Origin: Actinopolymorphaceae bacterium
Lineage (GTDB): Bacteria; Actinomycetota; Actinomycetes; Propionibacteriales; DAIQRJ01
Length of the DNA: 64,000 nt
Direction of reading: 5' to 3'
Assembly (NCBI GenBank): GCA_036786375.1
Contig: DAIQRJ010000007.1
Coordinates: 1,206 to 65,205, forward strand
The number at the start of each line of letters is the position of its first letter. Within the stretch, counting starts at the first letter, position 1. The translations under genes and the position numbers were made by a program. Shown one piece after another: positions 1-13,335 of this stretch. The notes under the pieces were generated by a model. The model did not search any database. It was not told the DNA's origin and worked only from the letters and a program-made list of their open reading frames with translations.

Positions 1-771
1 CTCCAACGCATTGCCCGCGGTGCGGCCGAGCGGCACGTCCATCTGCGTGAGCAGCGCGACCGTCCGCACCCCGGCGTCGGTCCCGAGCTCGACCATCGTC
101 CGAGCCAGCTCGGACGCGTCGTCGAAGGTCTTCATGAACGCGCCCGACCCGACCTTCACGTCGAGGACCAGCGCGGCGGTGCCCTCGGCGATCTTCTTGC
201 TCATGATCGAGCTCGCGATCAACGGGATGGACTCGACCGTCCCGGTGACGTCGCGGAGCGCATAGAGCTTGCGATCGGCCGGCGCGATCGCGCCGGTCGC
301 CGCGCAGATGACCGCACCGATGTCGCGCAGCTGTCCGACGATCTGCTCGTAGGTCAGATCGGCGCGCCAGCCCGGGATCGACTCGAGCTTGTCGAGCGTC
401 CCGCCGGTGTGCCCGAGACCGCGTCCCGACAGCTGCGGCACCGCCACCCCGCATGCGGCCGCCAACGGCGCCAGCGGCAGCGTGATCTTGTCCCCCACCC
501 CACCGGTCGAGTGTTTGTCCACGGTCGGTCGGCCGAGGTCCGCAGACTCGAAATCGAGCCGCTGCCCGGACGCGATCATCGCCCGCGTCCACCGGGCGAT
601 CTCGCGACGATCCATGCCCTGCAGGAGAATCGCCATCGCGAGCGCCGACATCTGCTCGTCGGCAACCTCGCCCCGGGTGTAGGCGTCGAGCACCCAGTCG
701 ATCTGGCCGTCGCTGAGCCGGCCGCCGTCGCGCTTCGCCCGGATGACGTCGACCGCGTCGTGGTCGCTCAC
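1..771 (-). CDS. deoA: Thymidine (pyrimidine-nucleoside) phosphorylase, N-terminal ~257 codons; 3' end runs off the window
   Basis: Absent from the ORF track because it has no stop inside the window. Reverse-strand translation from GTG at 771 gives VSDHDAVDVIRAKRDGGRLSDGQIDWVLDAYTRGEVADEQMSALAMAILLQGM. In the same frame, 418-361 gives GLGHTGGTLDKLESIPGW. It overlaps the cdd stop by 4 nt. Confidence 0.85.
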   Translation of the reverse strand, partial: MSDHDAVDVIRAKRDGGRLSDGQIDWVLDAYTRGEVADEQMSALAMAILLQGMDRREIARWTRAMIASGQRLDFESADLGRPTVDKHSTGGVGDKITLPLAPLAAACGVAVPQLSGRGLGHTGGTLDKLESIPGWRADLTYEQIVGQLRDIGAVICAATGAIAPADRKLYALRDVTGTVESIPLIASSIMSKKIAEGTAALVLDVKVGSGAFMKTFDDASELARTMVELGTDAGVRTVALLTQMDVPLGRTAGNALE

Positions 772-1205
772 GCCAGATCCGTCGCGTCGAACGCATCCGG
801 CAGCACCTCGGTCATCGCAACGATCCCCCGACCGGTGGCCACCAGCAGGGTCGGACCGCCCTGTTCCCACAGCAGTTGCCGGCACCGTCCGCACGGCATC
901 AACGACGCACCCGACCCGTCCACGCACGCGAAGGCGACGAGCCGTCCGCCACCGCTTGCATGCAGGGCCGACACGAGGCCGCACTCGGCACACAACGTCA
1001 ACCCGTACGAGGCGTTCTCGACATTGCAGCCCGACACGATCCGCCCGTCGTCGACCAGGGCAGCCGCCCCGACCGGGTAGTGCGAGTAGGGCACGTAGGC
1101 ATGCGTAGAGGCCTCGATCGCGGCGTCTCGCAGGGCATTCCAGTCGATCGGATTCTCGTCCACGTCGGTCTCGTCCACGCCAGTGTCATCCACGAACATG
1201 ATCAT
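768..1205 (-). CDS. cdd: Cytidine deaminase
   Basis: Translation contains the zinc-ligand motifs CAECGLV and PCGRCRQ. The start was moved to the internal MIMFVDD (codon 67 of ORF 768..1403), because the upstream part is Arg/Pro-rich and non-homologous. Confidence 0.9.
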   Translation of the reverse strand: MIMFVDDTGVDETDVDENPIDWNALRDAAIEASTHAYVPYSHYPVGAAALVDDGRIVSGCNVENASYGLTLCAECGLVSALHASGGGRLVAFACVDGSGASLMPCGRCRQLLWEQGGPTLLVATGRGIVAMTEVLPDAFDATDLA

Positions 1206-1348
1206 CCCTTGATGTGGGGCTCGCCGTCGGCGGCCGGTGCCCGGCACCACAGGGAGGACATTCGGGTTCATATAACCGCGTGCGCAGCCGAATCGTGCTG
1301 GTTGCCCGGCCGCAACGATCAGAAATGCCGTTCCGGGGCTTCGCCGGC

Positions 1349-2959
<1,611 letters not shown>

Positions 2960-2963
2960 CGGG

Positions 2964-4004
2964 TCACGCCTCGTCGTCGCGCGACCGGCGGAGCACGACC
3001 GTCGACAGCGCAGCCCGCGCGCGCAGCCGGTCGGTGAACCGGCGGACCCCCAGCGGACGGTCGGCCAGCGCTGCCGCGCGGGTCGCGAACGCCTCCGAGC
3101 GCACGAGTTCGGCCTCGGTGAGGCCGTTGCCGGCGACGGCCACCGACGCGCCGAAGAGCAGCAGCCGGGCGAAGTAGTTCAACCAGACGAGCAGCGCGAT
3201 GATCACCCCGAACGTGCCGTAGAGCTTGTTGTCCGTGACTCCGGAGATGATCAGCGTGGCCGCCACCTTGATCACCTCGACGCCGATCGCGGCGACGAAT
3301 GCGCCGGTCAGCAGGCTGCGGCGACGCATGTGGTGGCTGGGGAGAACCCGGTAGATCAGGTACAGCATGAGAGTGCTCGACGCGACGCCGATGGCGAGCC
3401 CGAGAACGATGAACACGATGCCCAGCGGGCTGTCCTTGTCGAGCCCCAGGGCCGTTAGCAATGCGTCCTTCACCCCACCCGACACCGCCGAGCTGGCAGC
3501 CACCGAGATCACCAGGATGAGGCCGCTCACCGCCATCGTCAGGAGGTCGGAGAGCTTGCCGAGCACGAAGTTGCGCTGCACCTGCCAGGGCACGACGAAA
3601 ACCTGGTCGAGTGCGGACCGGACGTTGGAGGCGATGCCCGAGGCCGAGTAGAGCAGCGTCACGAACCCGATGATGCCGACCCCGGTACGGGCCGAGGCGA
3701 TGCTCTGGGCGTTGATGCCGTTGTCACCCCCGACCAACCCGGGCAGGGCGTTCGCGAGCGCGTTGTTGACCAGCTCCGGTGCGCTCGGGACGGCCACCAC
3801 GATGAACCCGACGACCGAAAAGGCCACCGCGATCAGCGGGAAGAACGAGAGGAACCCGAAGTAGGTGATCGAGCCGCCGAGCTGCGCTGCGTTGATCCCG
3901 GTGAAGTGCTGGTAGGCGCGGACGAGAGCGTCCAGCCAGCCCCAGCGGTGTCGCGCACGGGCAAGCGTCTCCTTGGCCCGGGTGACGACATCGCCGAGCG
4001 CCAT
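2964..4004 (-). CDS. YihY/BrkB-family integral membrane protein
   Basis: 346 aa. The N-terminus reads [21 protein letters not shown], followed by multiple hydrophobic helices. It is tightly packed between trpS and the mutase gene. Confidence 0.8.
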   Translation of the reverse strand: MALGDVVTRAKETLARARHRWGWLDALVRAYQHFTGINAAQLGGSITYFGFLSFFPLIAVAFSVVGFIVVAVPSAPELVNNALANALPGLVGGDNGINAQSIASARTGVGIIGFVTLLYSASGIASNVRSALDQVFVVPWQVQRNFVLGKLSDLLTMAVSGLILVISVAASSAVSGGVKDALLTALGLDKDSPLGIVFIVLGLAIGVASSTLMLYLIYRVLPSHHMRRRSLLTGAFVAAIGVEVIKVAATLIISGVTDNKLYGTFGVIIALLVWLNYFARLLLFGASVAVAGNGLTEAELVRSEAFATRAAALADRPLGVRRFTDRLRARAALSTVVLRRSRDDEA

Positions 4005-4006
4005 GC

Positions 4007-5089
<1,083 letters not shown>

Positions 5090-6427
5090 TCAGCGCGCGG
5101 GAGCTGCGACGTCGGCAGCAGCGTCTGCCGCCGCGTCCGACCCGGCTACCGGCGCGGTGATCTGGACGCGCGCGATCCGGCGGCGATCGGTCTCGGTGAC
5201 GGCGAGCCGGTAGCCGTCGACCTCGACGACGTCCCCGGCAACCGGCAGCCGGCCCAGCCGGGAGATGACGAAGCCGGCGATCGTCTCGTACGGGCCGTCC
5301 GGGAGTTCGAGCGCGCTGACCTCCTCGACATCGGAGAGGTTGAGGGTGCCGTCCACCTCGACCACCCCACCGGGCCCGAGAACCGTGCGCGGCGTGCCCG
5401 GATCGAACTCGTCGCGGATCTCGCCCACCAGCTCCTCGACGAGGTCCTCCACGGTGACGATCCCGTCGGTGCCGCCGTACTCGTCGACCACCAGCGCCAT
5501 GTGCGCGCCCTGGTTACGCATCTGGTTGAGCGCCGGGACGATGAGCGCCGTCCCGGGCAGCATCACGATCGGCCGGGCGACGTCACCGGTGCGCAGGTGC
5601 GGCTTCGCCGGGTTCGCCGGGTTGAACAGGTCACGGACGTGGACGAACCCGATGACGTCGTCGGCGGAGCTGCGCATCACCGGGTAGCGGGAGTGGTGCC
5701 GGGTGCGGATGACCAGCGCGCTCGCGTCGCTCACCAGCATCGACGCGTCCAGGAAGTTCACGTCCGGGCGCGGGACCATCACCTCGACGACCGCGCGCGA
5801 CCCCGCGTCGAACACGTCGGCGACGATCCGGCGCTCGTCCACACCGAGTGTCGAGGTCGAGCTCACGAGCTCGCGCAGCTCGGCGTCGGTGATCCCGTCG
5901 CGGGTGACGTGCGGATCGCCGCCGAGCAGCCGCACGACCACGTTCGTCGAGCGACCGAGGAACCAGATGGCCGGCCGTGCCAGCCGGGCCAGGTAGTCCA
6001 CGACCGGGCCGAGGACGAGGGCGAAGCGTTCCGGGCTCGCGAGCGCCAGCCGCTTCGCGGTCAGCTCGGAGATCACGATGGACAGGTAGGACACGACGAC
6101 GGTGACGACGACGACCGACACCACATGCGCAGGCCCGCCGGCGAGCCCCGCCCGCACCAGAACTGGCGTCATCTCATCGGCCAGGGTGGTCGCGCCGAAG
6201 GACGCGGACAGGAAGCCTGAGAGGGTGACACCGATCTGGCCGGCGGAGAGGAACCGGTTCGGATCCGAGACAAGCCTGGCGACGATCGCACCGCGTCGGC
6301 TGCGGGTGGCCAGCTGCTGGACCTGGCTGTTGCGCAACGACACGAGCGACATCTCGGCGGCAGCGAAGACGCCGCCGAACAGGATGAACGCGAACACGAC
6401 GGCGACATTTGTCGCGATCTGACTCAC
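5090..6427 (-). CDS. CNNM/CorC-type hemolysin-family membrane protein (DUF21 + CBS pair + CorC_HlyC)
   Basis: DUF21 N-terminus reads FAAAEMSLVSLRNSQVQQL, with CBS and transporter-associated C-terminal regions. I prefer the GTG start at 6427 (VSQIATNVAVVF). The ATG at 6481 is an alternative. Confidence 0.8.
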   Translation of the reverse strand: MSQIATNVAVVFAFILFGGVFAAAEMSLVSLRNSQVQQLATRSRRGAIVARLVSDPNRFLSAGQIGVTLSGFLSASFGATTLADEMTPVLVRAGLAGGPAHVVSVVVVTVVVSYLSIVISELTAKRLALASPERFALVLGPVVDYLARLARPAIWFLGRSTNVVVRLLGGDPHVTRDGITDAELRELVSSTSTLGVDERRIVADVFDAGSRAVVEVMVPRPDVNFLDASMLVSDASALVIRTRHHSRYPVMRSSADDVIGFVHVRDLFNPANPAKPHLRTGDVARPIVMLPGTALIVPALNQMRNQGAHMALVVDEYGGTDGIVTVEDLVEELVGEIRDEFDPGTPRTVLGPGGVVEVDGTLNLSDVEEVSALELPDGPYETIAGFVISRLGRLPVAGDVVEVDGYRLAVTETDRRRIARVQITAPVAGSDAAADAAADVAAPAR

Positions 6428-6564
6428 TGCGTGACCGTCCGATCCGGGTGCTGACGTCACCAGGGTACGGGGAACCCGCATCGACCTGTCACCTTCCGGC
6501 CACCAGCGGGCAGCGGACCCGTCACGGGGAGACGTCGCGGCGGCACCGACGGCAGACTGGCCGC

Positions 6565-7761
6565 ATGCCCACGACCCCGTCGCTGCACGCGCCTGATCTC
6601 GAGTCCGCACGAGCCGGGTTCCGCGCCGCCTACGGCCACGACGCCGAGGTCGCCTGGCTCGCGCCCGGCCGGGTCAACCTGATCGGCGAGCACACCGACT
6701 ACAACGACGGCTTCGTCCTTCCCCTGGCGATCCCGGCCGGCTGCCTGGCTCTCGTCGCGAAAACCGGCACCGGCGTCGTCCGGATCGCGTCGGCGCAGGA
6801 GGATGACACCGTCCAGACGCCGGTCGAGGGACTCGCGCCCGGCGCGGTCGACGGCTGGGCCCGTTACGTCGCCGGCGTCGTCTGGGCGCTGGCCGAGGCC
6901 GGCAAGCCGGTGTCCGGGGTGGACATCTACGTCGACGGCAACGTCCCCGGGGGCGCCGGGCTGTCGAGTTCGGCGGCGCTGGAGTGCTGCGTCGCCGGCG
7001 CCGTCGACGAGCTGTTCGACCTCGGCTGCACCGCCGAGGAACGCGTCGCGGTGGCGCGGACCGCCGAGAACGACTTCGTCGGCGCGCCCACCGGCGGGAT
7101 GGACCAGCTGATCTCGGTGGGCGGGCAGGCGGGCCACGTGCTGCTGTGCGACATGCGGTCGCTCCAGGTCGAGGCGGTGCCGTTCGACCTCGCAGCGGTC
7201 GGACTGGCCATGCTGGTGGTCGACACGCGTGCGTCGCACGAGCTCGTGTCCGGCGAGTACGGCGAGCGGCGGGCGTCCTGCGAGAAGGCAGCGACGCTGC
7301 TGGGGGTGCGGGCGTTGCGCGACGTGGCGCTCGGCGAGCTCGACGTCGCATTGGAGAAGCTCCGGGCCCACGGCGGGGACGACGCGGAGACCATCGTCAA
7401 ACGCGCCCGCCACGTCGTCACCGAGGACGCCCGGGTGCTGGAGACGGTCGCGTTGTTGCGGGCTGGTGAGTTCCGGGCGATCGGCGACGCGATGCTCGCC
7501 TCGCACACGTCGATGCGCGACGACTTCGAGATCACCGTTCCCGAGGTCGACCTCGCGGTCACGACCGCGGTGACCCAGGAGGGCGTGATCGGTTCCCGGA
7601 TGACCGGCGGCGGGTTCGGCGGCTGCGTGATCAGCATCGTCGAGGCCGACGCCGTCGACGCGGTGGCGGCGGCAGTGCAGACCGCCTTCGCCGACACCGG
7701 CTTCGTCGCGCCGGTGTGTTTCACCGCGACGGCGACCGAGGGTGCGCGGACGGTCGGCTGA
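6565..7761 (+). CDS. galK: Galactokinase
   Basis: Contains GRVNLIGEHTDYNDGFVLP and PGGAGLSSSAALE (GHMP kinase motifs). The start was set at MPTTPSLH (codon 53 of ORF 6409..7761). Confidence 0.9.
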   Translation: MPTTPSLHAPDLESARAGFRAAYGHDAEVAWLAPGRVNLIGEHTDYNDGFVLPLAIPAGCLALVAKTGTGVVRIASAQEDDTVQTPVEGLAPGAVDGWARYVAGVVWALAEAGKPVSGVDIYVDGNVPGGAGLSSSAALECCVAGAVDELFDLGCTAEERVAVARTAENDFVGAPTGGMDQLISVGGQAGHVLLCDMRSLQVEAVPFDLAAVGLAMLVVDTRASHELVSGEYGERRASCEKAATLLGVRALRDVALGELDVALEKLRAHGGDDAETIVKRARHVVTEDARVLETVALLRAGEFRAIGDAMLASHTSMRDDFEITVPEVDLAVTTAVTQEGVIGSRMTGGGFGGCVISIVEADAVDAVAAAVQTAFADTGFVAPVCFTATATEGARTVG

Positions 7762-8732
7762 TGGCGGGATGCTGCGGCCCGTCCGTGCCGTCGGGCGCCG
7801 AAGTGCTGCGGCCGGTCGATCCCGCCCTGCTGGCGGCCGGTGCGACTCGGGTCGGCAAGGAGGTGCACCGCGGGATGCGACGGCTGGACGGCGGCGCGTT
7901 CGCGATGGGCAGCGAGGACGCCGACGCGGTGGCCGGTGACGGCGAGGGCCCCGTCCGCGAGGTGGCGGTGTCGCCGTTCTGGATCGACGAGACCGCGGTC
8001 ACCAACCGCGCGTACGCACGCTTCGTCCGCGAGACCGGATACGTCACCGACGCCGAGCGGCTCGGCTGGTCGTTCGCCTTCGACGGCTTCCTGCCGCCCG
8101 CATCGCGGCGGTACGTGCTCGACGGCTCGGTGCCGGGCGCGCCGTGGTGGCGTCCGGTCGCGCAGGCGACGTGGCGGCAGCCGTACGGCCCAGGTACGGC
8201 ATCGTCGACGCTCGATCAGCACCCGGTCGTGCATGTGTCGTTCAACGATGCGGCCGCATTCGCTGCCTGGGCAGGGAAACAGCTGCCGACCGAGGCGCAG
8301 TGGGAGTACGCCGCGCGCGGCGGGCTGGCGGGGCGCCGGTATGCCTGGGGCGACGAGCTCACCCCTGGCGGGCGGCACCGCGCCAACATCTGGCAGGGCG
8401 AGTTCCCGCGTCGCAACACCGGCGAGGACGGTCACCTGGCGACCGCGCCGGTGCGCTCGTTCGCACCGAACGGGTTCGGTCTGTACGAGGTCGCTGGCAA
8501 CGTGTGGGAATGGTGCGCGGACTGGTGGAGCACGTCGTGGCACGTGGCCGACTCTCCCGCCACCCGGGTCGACCCGGTGGGTCCGCCGGCCGGGACGCAC
8601 AAGCTGGACCGTGGCGGCAGTCATCTGTGCCACGCTTCCTACTGCAACCGGTACCGCGTCGCAGCACGGACGTCGAACACACCGGATTCGTCGACGTCGA
8701 ACATGGGGTTCCGCTGTGTCTGCGCAAACTGA
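7761..8732 (+). CDS. Formylglycine-generating-enzyme (FGE/SUMF1) family protein
   Basis: Contains FAMGSEDADAVAGDGEGPVREV, WEWCADWW and RGGSHLCHASYCNRYRVAAR. Its ATG overlaps the galK TGA by 1 nt (TGATG). Confidence 0.85.
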   Translation: MAGCCGPSVPSGAEVLRPVDPALLAAGATRVGKEVHRGMRRLDGGAFAMGSEDADAVAGDGEGPVREVAVSPFWIDETAVTNRAYARFVRETGYVTDAERLGWSFAFDGFLPPASRRYVLDGSVPGAPWWRPVAQATWRQPYGPGTASSTLDQHPVVHVSFNDAAAFAAWAGKQLPTEAQWEYAARGGLAGRRYAWGDELTPGGRHRANIWQGEFPRRNTGEDGHLATAPVRSFAPNGFGLYEVAGNVWEWCADWWSTSWHVADSPATRVDPVGPPAGTHKLDRGGSHLCHASYCNRYRVAARTSNTPDSSTSNMGFRCVCAN

Positions 8733-9870
8733 TACTCCTGATGCCGCCGCGTACGCCCGGTTGGCGCCGGTCCCGCCGCGTGGCTGGAATTCGTGGAACG
8801 CGTTCCGCTGCTACGGCCTGACCGAAGCACGGGTGCGGGAGTCCGCGGACGTGCTGGCGTCGTCCGGTCTGCGGGATGCCGGCTACGAGTACGTCGTCGT
8901 GGATGATTGCTGGCAGGACCATCGACGAGGTTCCGACGGTGCACTGCGGTCGCATCCCGAGCGGTTCCCGTCGGGCATCGGGGCGCTTGCCGAGTATGCG
9001 CACAGCAAGGGCTTGAAGTTCGGGCTGTACGGCTGCCCCGGAACGAAGACGTGCTCGATGAGCTACGACGGTTACTCAGGTGTCGAGCTCGGATCGCTCG
9101 GCAACGAATCGCAGGACGCCGAGACGTTCGCGTCGTGGGGTGTGGACTACCTGAAGTACGACTGGTGCCTGGCCGACGAGATCGACGGACTGTCGCAGCC
9201 GGCGGCGTTCGCACGGATGCGGACCGAGCTCGATCTGACCGGGCGCGACATCGTCCTGTCGATCAGCGAGTACGGACGCTGGGAACCGTGGTTGTGGGCA
9301 CCGGAGTTCGCGAACATGTGGCGGACGACGGAAGACATCCAGCCCCGGTGGGAGTCGGTGTGCTCGATCGTCGACCAGCAGGCGCCGCTGACTCGGTACT
9401 CCCGCGTCGGTTCCTGGAACGACCCGGACATGCTCGAGGTCGGGAACGGTGAACTGGGTGACGCGGCCGACTCTGTGGAGGTGGCGATGAGACGATGCCG
9501 TGCGCACCTGGCGATGTGGGCGATCCTGAATGCTCCGCTGATGCTGGGGAACGACCTCGGATCGCTGCAGTCGTGGTTGCTGCCGTTGCTGACCGACGCG
9601 AACATGCTTGCTGTACAAGGTGATTTCGCCGGTACCCAGGGACGCCGGATGTTGCAGACCGGCTCGATCGACGTATGGGCGAAGCCGATGACGACGGGCG
9701 AGTTGGCCGTGGTCGTACTGAACCGCAGGCCGGAGCCATCATCGGTGAGCCTGTCGGACGACACGATGTCGTCGCTGCATGCCGTGCCCGGCTTGACCGT
9801 TCCGTCCATCGCTCCGTTGGACGTGGAGGTTGCGGGCGAGGACGCGGTGCTGCTACGCCTGCGCGGCTGA
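8716..9870 (+). CDS. Alpha-galactosidase, GH27 family, with no signal peptide
   Basis: Contains PPRGWNSWNAF, VVVDDCWQ and VDYLKYDWC. The only in-frame start near the homology onset is GTG 8716, which overlaps the FGE gene by 17 nt. The longer ORF 7840..9870 is an out-of-frame shadow over the FGE gene. Confidence 0.85.
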   Translation: MSAQTDTPDAAAYARLAPVPPRGWNSWNAFRCYGLTEARVRESADVLASSGLRDAGYEYVVVDDCWQDHRRGSDGALRSHPERFPSGIGALAEYAHSKGLKFGLYGCPGTKTCSMSYDGYSGVELGSLGNESQDAETFASWGVDYLKYDWCLADEIDGLSQPAAFARMRTELDLTGRDIVLSISEYGRWEPWLWAPEFANMWRTTEDIQPRWESVCSIVDQQAPLTRYSRVGSWNDPDMLEVGNGELGDAADSVEVAMRRCRAHLAMWAILNAPLMLGNDLGSLQSWLLPLLTDANMLAVQGDFAGTQGRRMLQTGSIDVWAKPMTTGELAVVVLNRRPEPSSVSLSDDTMSSLHAVPGLTVPSIAPLDVEVAGEDAVLLRLRG

Positions 9871-9912
9871 TCCGGCACGCCCGGCGTTCCGGCGGCGTGT
9901 GACACTCGACGG

Positions 9913-10773
9913 GTGGCTTCGGGCAGGCGTGCGCGCGTACGTCGAATCACCGTGGCCATGCTGGTCGGCGTCGCTGCCATGACGAGCTGCGGCCTTCCGT
10001 CGGCCGCGCCGGAGGTACCGCCGAGCACCCGGGCCCAGTCGGCGGCTCCGATGCCGACGGCTCCGAAGGCACGCGGACCGGTGCGGATCGTCGCTCTCGG
10101 GGACTCGGTCACCTCTGGCTATCACTGCCACTGCACTGCCTTCCCAGAGCTGTACGCCGCCGCACTGGGCACGCGCCGGCGGGTGCACGCGACGGCGACC
10201 AATCTAGGGGTGCCCGGGCTCACGAGCGGCGAACTGCTCGCCGAGCTGACCGGCAGCACGACTGCGGACGCGAGAACGCAGGACGCCGTGGCCGCGGCCC
10301 GCGTCGTCGTCGTCACCATCGGCGCGAACAACTTCTCCGACAAGCACGACCCGATCACCGCGGGAACGTGTGCCGGGGCGAAGCACACCGCGTGCACCCG
10401 GGACGAACTGACGACGATGACCCGGACGGTCCCGGGCGTCGTCGATCGGATCCGGACCGTGCGAGACGGCGCCCCCACGACCATCATGCTCACCGGTTAT
10501 TGGAACGTTTTCGAAGACGGCGACGTCGCCGACAAAGCATTCCCCGACGAGGGAGTCTCCGCCAGCGTCGCGCTCACGAAGGAGGCCAATGCCGGCATCC
10601 GCAAGGACGCCCTGGCCGAGAACGCCATCTACGTCGACCTGTACCCGGTGTTCGACGGAGCGAACTCGGACAAGGATCCGACTGGCCTGCTCGCGTCCGA
10701 TGGTGACCACCCGAACGCCGCCGGCCACGCGGCCATCGCGCATCAGTTGCTGGCCGACACCCCGGCGTTCTGA
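9913..10773 (+). CDS. SGNH/GDSL hydrolase-family lipoprotein
   Basis: Signal peptide with the lipobox VAAMTSC. GDS block is IVALGDSVTSGY. The C-terminal DGDHPNAAGH supplies the DxxH block. Confidence 0.8.
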   Translation: MASGRRARVRRITVAMLVGVAAMTSCGLPSAAPEVPPSTRAQSAAPMPTAPKARGPVRIVALGDSVTSGYHCHCTAFPELYAAALGTRRRVHATATNLGVPGLTSGELLAELTGSTTADARTQDAVAAARVVVVTIGANNFSDKHDPITAGTCAGAKHTACTRDELTTMTRTVPGVVDRIRTVRDGAPTTIMLTGYWNVFEDGDVADKAFPDEGVSASVALTKEANAGIRKDALAENAIYVDLYPVFDGANSDKDPTGLLASDGDHPNAAGHAAIAHQLLADTPAF

Positions 10774-10793
10774 GGTCGTACGGGTCCACGCAG

Positions 10794-11792
10794 TTACGCG
10801 TGCGGGACCGCGGCGTAGTGCCCGGCGAGCAGGTCGATCCCCCAGTCGTGGGTGACGTCGCGCCAGACGGAGTGGATGTGGTTCGCCCCGTCCTGCGTGC
10901 AGTCGTACTCGAGGACGAACTGCGGGCCGAGGACGGCGTAGTAGTGTGCCGCGCCGGGTTCGGCCGGACCGGCCCAGGCGAACGACACTTTCGCCAACCC
11001 TGCTTCGGTGATCTCCGTCCAGGAACGCTGGCCGACCGACGGTGTCACACGGTCGAGATAGAGGTGCACGAGCGACTCGAGCTGCGTCCGTTGACCGCCG
11101 TCCATGTCGCCCCAGGAAAGTCCGCGTGACACCAGCCCGAGGTCGGCCACGGGATCGTGTCGCGTCAGGAGGTCCCACGGCGCGAGCTCGGACGCGAGCG
11201 CCTGATGCTGCTGCTGATCGTCCAGCGCGTGGAACAACGCCCGGCCGGAGTCCTCCTCGGCAGCGAGCGCGCGGAACCCGGCCTGCGCACCGCTCGGAAC
11301 CCTCGCCGGATTCGCGCCGAAGAACTGCGGCGTGCACGAGATCTGCGACCCGACCACCGTCACGTGTACGGCGACGTGGTGCCCGTTGACCCGCCACGCC
11401 CACGGCCGCCCACCAGCCGGGTCTCCGAGCACCCGGAACCAGAAGTACAGCGGATGCCGGCCCTCCCAGTTGCCCCCGGCGGCACGGTCGAGCTCACGCA
11501 GGATCGCCTCCAGCTGCATCACGTCGCGTGCTTTCGCGGCTCCAGCCGGGCTCAGGCCGAGGTCGAGGAGCTCCATCGCGAGCGCGCGCTGGGCCTCGGT
11601 CATGTCGCTCAGCGCCAGTCCCGGCCGGGGACCCGGCAGGTAGGTCCAGTCCTGCGCGTCGGCGACGTCGAACGGTGCCCGGGCCGCGGTCGATTGCGCC
11701 TCGGTCAGCGAAGCGAGCCAGCTGGACGCGGCCGTGCGCACCCGATCGGCCACCGCGGGCTCGGAAGCGAGATTGTGAGTCATGGTCACCAT
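10794..11792 (-). CDS. DUF3500-like protein
   Basis: Only the C-terminal 332 codons of ORF 10794..12836 look protein-like (MVTMTHNLASEP...WRVNGHHVAVHV...VLEYDCTQDGANHIHSVWRD). The rest is a shadow of icd. The family name is from memory. Confidence 0.7.
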   Translation of the reverse strand: MVTMTHNLASEPAVADRVRTAASSWLASLTEAQSTAARAPFDVADAQDWTYLPGPRPGLALSDMTEAQRALAMELLDLGLSPAGAAKARDVMQLEAILRELDRAAGGNWEGRHPLYFWFRVLGDPAGGRPWAWRVNGHHVAVHVTVVGSQISCTPQFFGANPARVPSGAQAGFRALAAEEDSGRALFHALDDQQQHQALASELAPWDLLTRHDPVADLGLVSRGLSWGDMDGGQRTQLESLVHLYLDRVTPSVGQRSWTEITEAGLAKVSFAWAGPAEPGAAHYYAVLGPQFVLEYDCTQDGANHIHSVWRDVTHDWGIDLLAGHYAAVPHA

Positions 11793-11833
11793 CTTGTCCG
11801 GTCGGCCGCCCTTCGTGTGCACGGTCCGGCGGT

Positions 11834-13051
11834 TCAGGCCAGCTTGGCGGCCAGGTTCTCGTCCAGCGCGGCCAGGAAGTCCTCGGTGGTGAGGAAGGCC
11901 TGCTCCGGGCTGACGAGCAGCGCGAGGTCCTTGGTCATCTTGCCGGTCTCGACGGTCTCGACGCAGACCTGCTCGAGGGCCTCGGCAAAGCCGGTGACCT
12001 CGGGGGTGTTGTCGAGCTTGCCGCGGTGCTTGAGCCCGCCGGTCCACGCGAAGATCGACGCGATCGGGTTGGTCGACGTCGGTTTTCCCTGCTGGTGCTG
12101 GCGAAAGTGCCGGGTGACCGTGCCGTGCGCGGCCTCGGCCTCGACGGTCCTGCCGTCCGCGGTCATCAGCACGCTGGTCATCAGGCCGAGCGAGCCGAAG
12201 CCCTGCGCGACGGTGTCGGACTGGACGTCGCCGTCGTAGTTCTTGCAGGCCCAGACGTAACCGCCCTCCCACTTCATCACGGCGGCGACCATGTCGTCGA
12301 TCAGACGGTGCTCGTACGTCAGCCCGGCGGCGTCGAAGTCGGCCTTGAACTCCTTCTCGAAGACGTCCGCGAAGATGTCCTTGAACGCACCGTCGTAGGC
12401 CTTGAGGATGGTGTTCTTCGTCGACAGGTAGACGGGGTAATTGCGTTGCAGGCCATAGGAAAGTGACGCCCGCGCGAAGTCCTCGATGGACTTGTTGAAG
12501 TTGTACATGCCCATCGCGACACCGCCGTCGGGGCCGTAGTTGGCCACGACGTGCTGGATCGGCTCGGAGCCGTCGGACGGGGTGAACGTGATCGTCAGCT
12601 CGCCGGCGCCGGGAACCTTGAAGTTCGTCGCCTTGTACTGGTCGCCGTGGGCGTGCCGGCCGATGATGATCGGCTTCGTCCAGCCCGGCACCAGCCGCGG
12701 GATGTTGCTGATGATGATCGGCTCGCGGAAGACGACGCCGCCGAGGATGTTGCGGATCGTCCCGTTCGGGGAGACCCACATCTTCTTCAGGCCGAACTCC
12801 TTGACGCGCGCCTCGTCCGGGGTGATCGTCGCGCACTTCACGCCGACGCCGTACTGCTTGATGGCGTTCGCGGAGTCGATCGTGACCTGGTCGTCGGTCG
12901 CGTCACGGTGCTCGATACCGAGGTCGAAGTACTTGAGGTCGATGTCGAGGTAGGGGTGGATCAGGCGTTCTTTGATGAACCGCCAGATGATGCGGGTCAT
13001 CTCGTCGCCGTCGAGTTCGACGACCGGGTTCTGCACCTTGATCTTGGCCAT
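11834..13051 (-). CDS. icd: NADP-dependent isocitrate dehydrogenase (eukaryote-like homodimeric type)
   Basis: Starts [31 protein letters not shown] and contains [16 protein letters not shown]. Start is at codon 30 of ORF 11834..13138. Confidence 0.95.
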   Translation of the reverse strand: MAKIKVQNPVVELDGDEMTRIIWRFIKERLIHPYLDIDLKYFDLGIEHRDATDDQVTIDSANAIKQYGVGVKCATITPDEARVKEFGLKKMWVSPNGTIRNILGGVVFREPIIISNIPRLVPGWTKPIIIGRHAHGDQYKATNFKVPGAGELTITFTPSDGSEPIQHVVANYGPDGGVAMGMYNFNKSIEDFARASLSYGLQRNYPVYLSTKNTILKAYDGAFKDIFADVFEKEFKADFDAAGLTYEHRLIDDMVAAVMKWEGGYVWACKNYDGDVQSDTVAQGFGSLGLMTSVLMTADGRTVEAEAAHGTVTRHFRQHQQGKPTSTNPIASIFAWTGGLKHRGKLDNTPEVTGFAEALEQVCVETVETGKMTKDLALLVSPEQAFLTTEDFLAALDENLAAKLA

Positions 13052-13335
13052 GCCCACCAGACTCCTTCGGGGTTTCACCTGCTCCGGCCGCGCTGCGGCC
13101 CGGGGTGGGTGCTCGGTACGTCGATTGCTCGACGTCAAGATATCGGACTCGTTCGTCGCGTCACCAGCGAGCCTGGCCCGGACCGGCCGCGACCACGCGC
13201 AGGCCGGGTACGGTCAGCCGGTCCGTGAGTTCGCTCACGACCTCGACACGGACCCGTGATGGTGTGATTGCGCGGTGCTAGCGTCGATTCATCTGCCGGA
13301 GTAGGCATGTGCGCGATTTCCCCGAGGAGCCAGTT

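Noticed and set aside
7840-8715. The 5' extensions of composite ORFs: 7840..9870, 10794..12836, 26724..28484, 55014..57077 and 48947..50257.
   Set aside because: Only the distal part of each ORF is protein-like. The upstream part overlaps another well-supported gene in a different frame. Internal GTG/ATG starts with an RBS were used instead.
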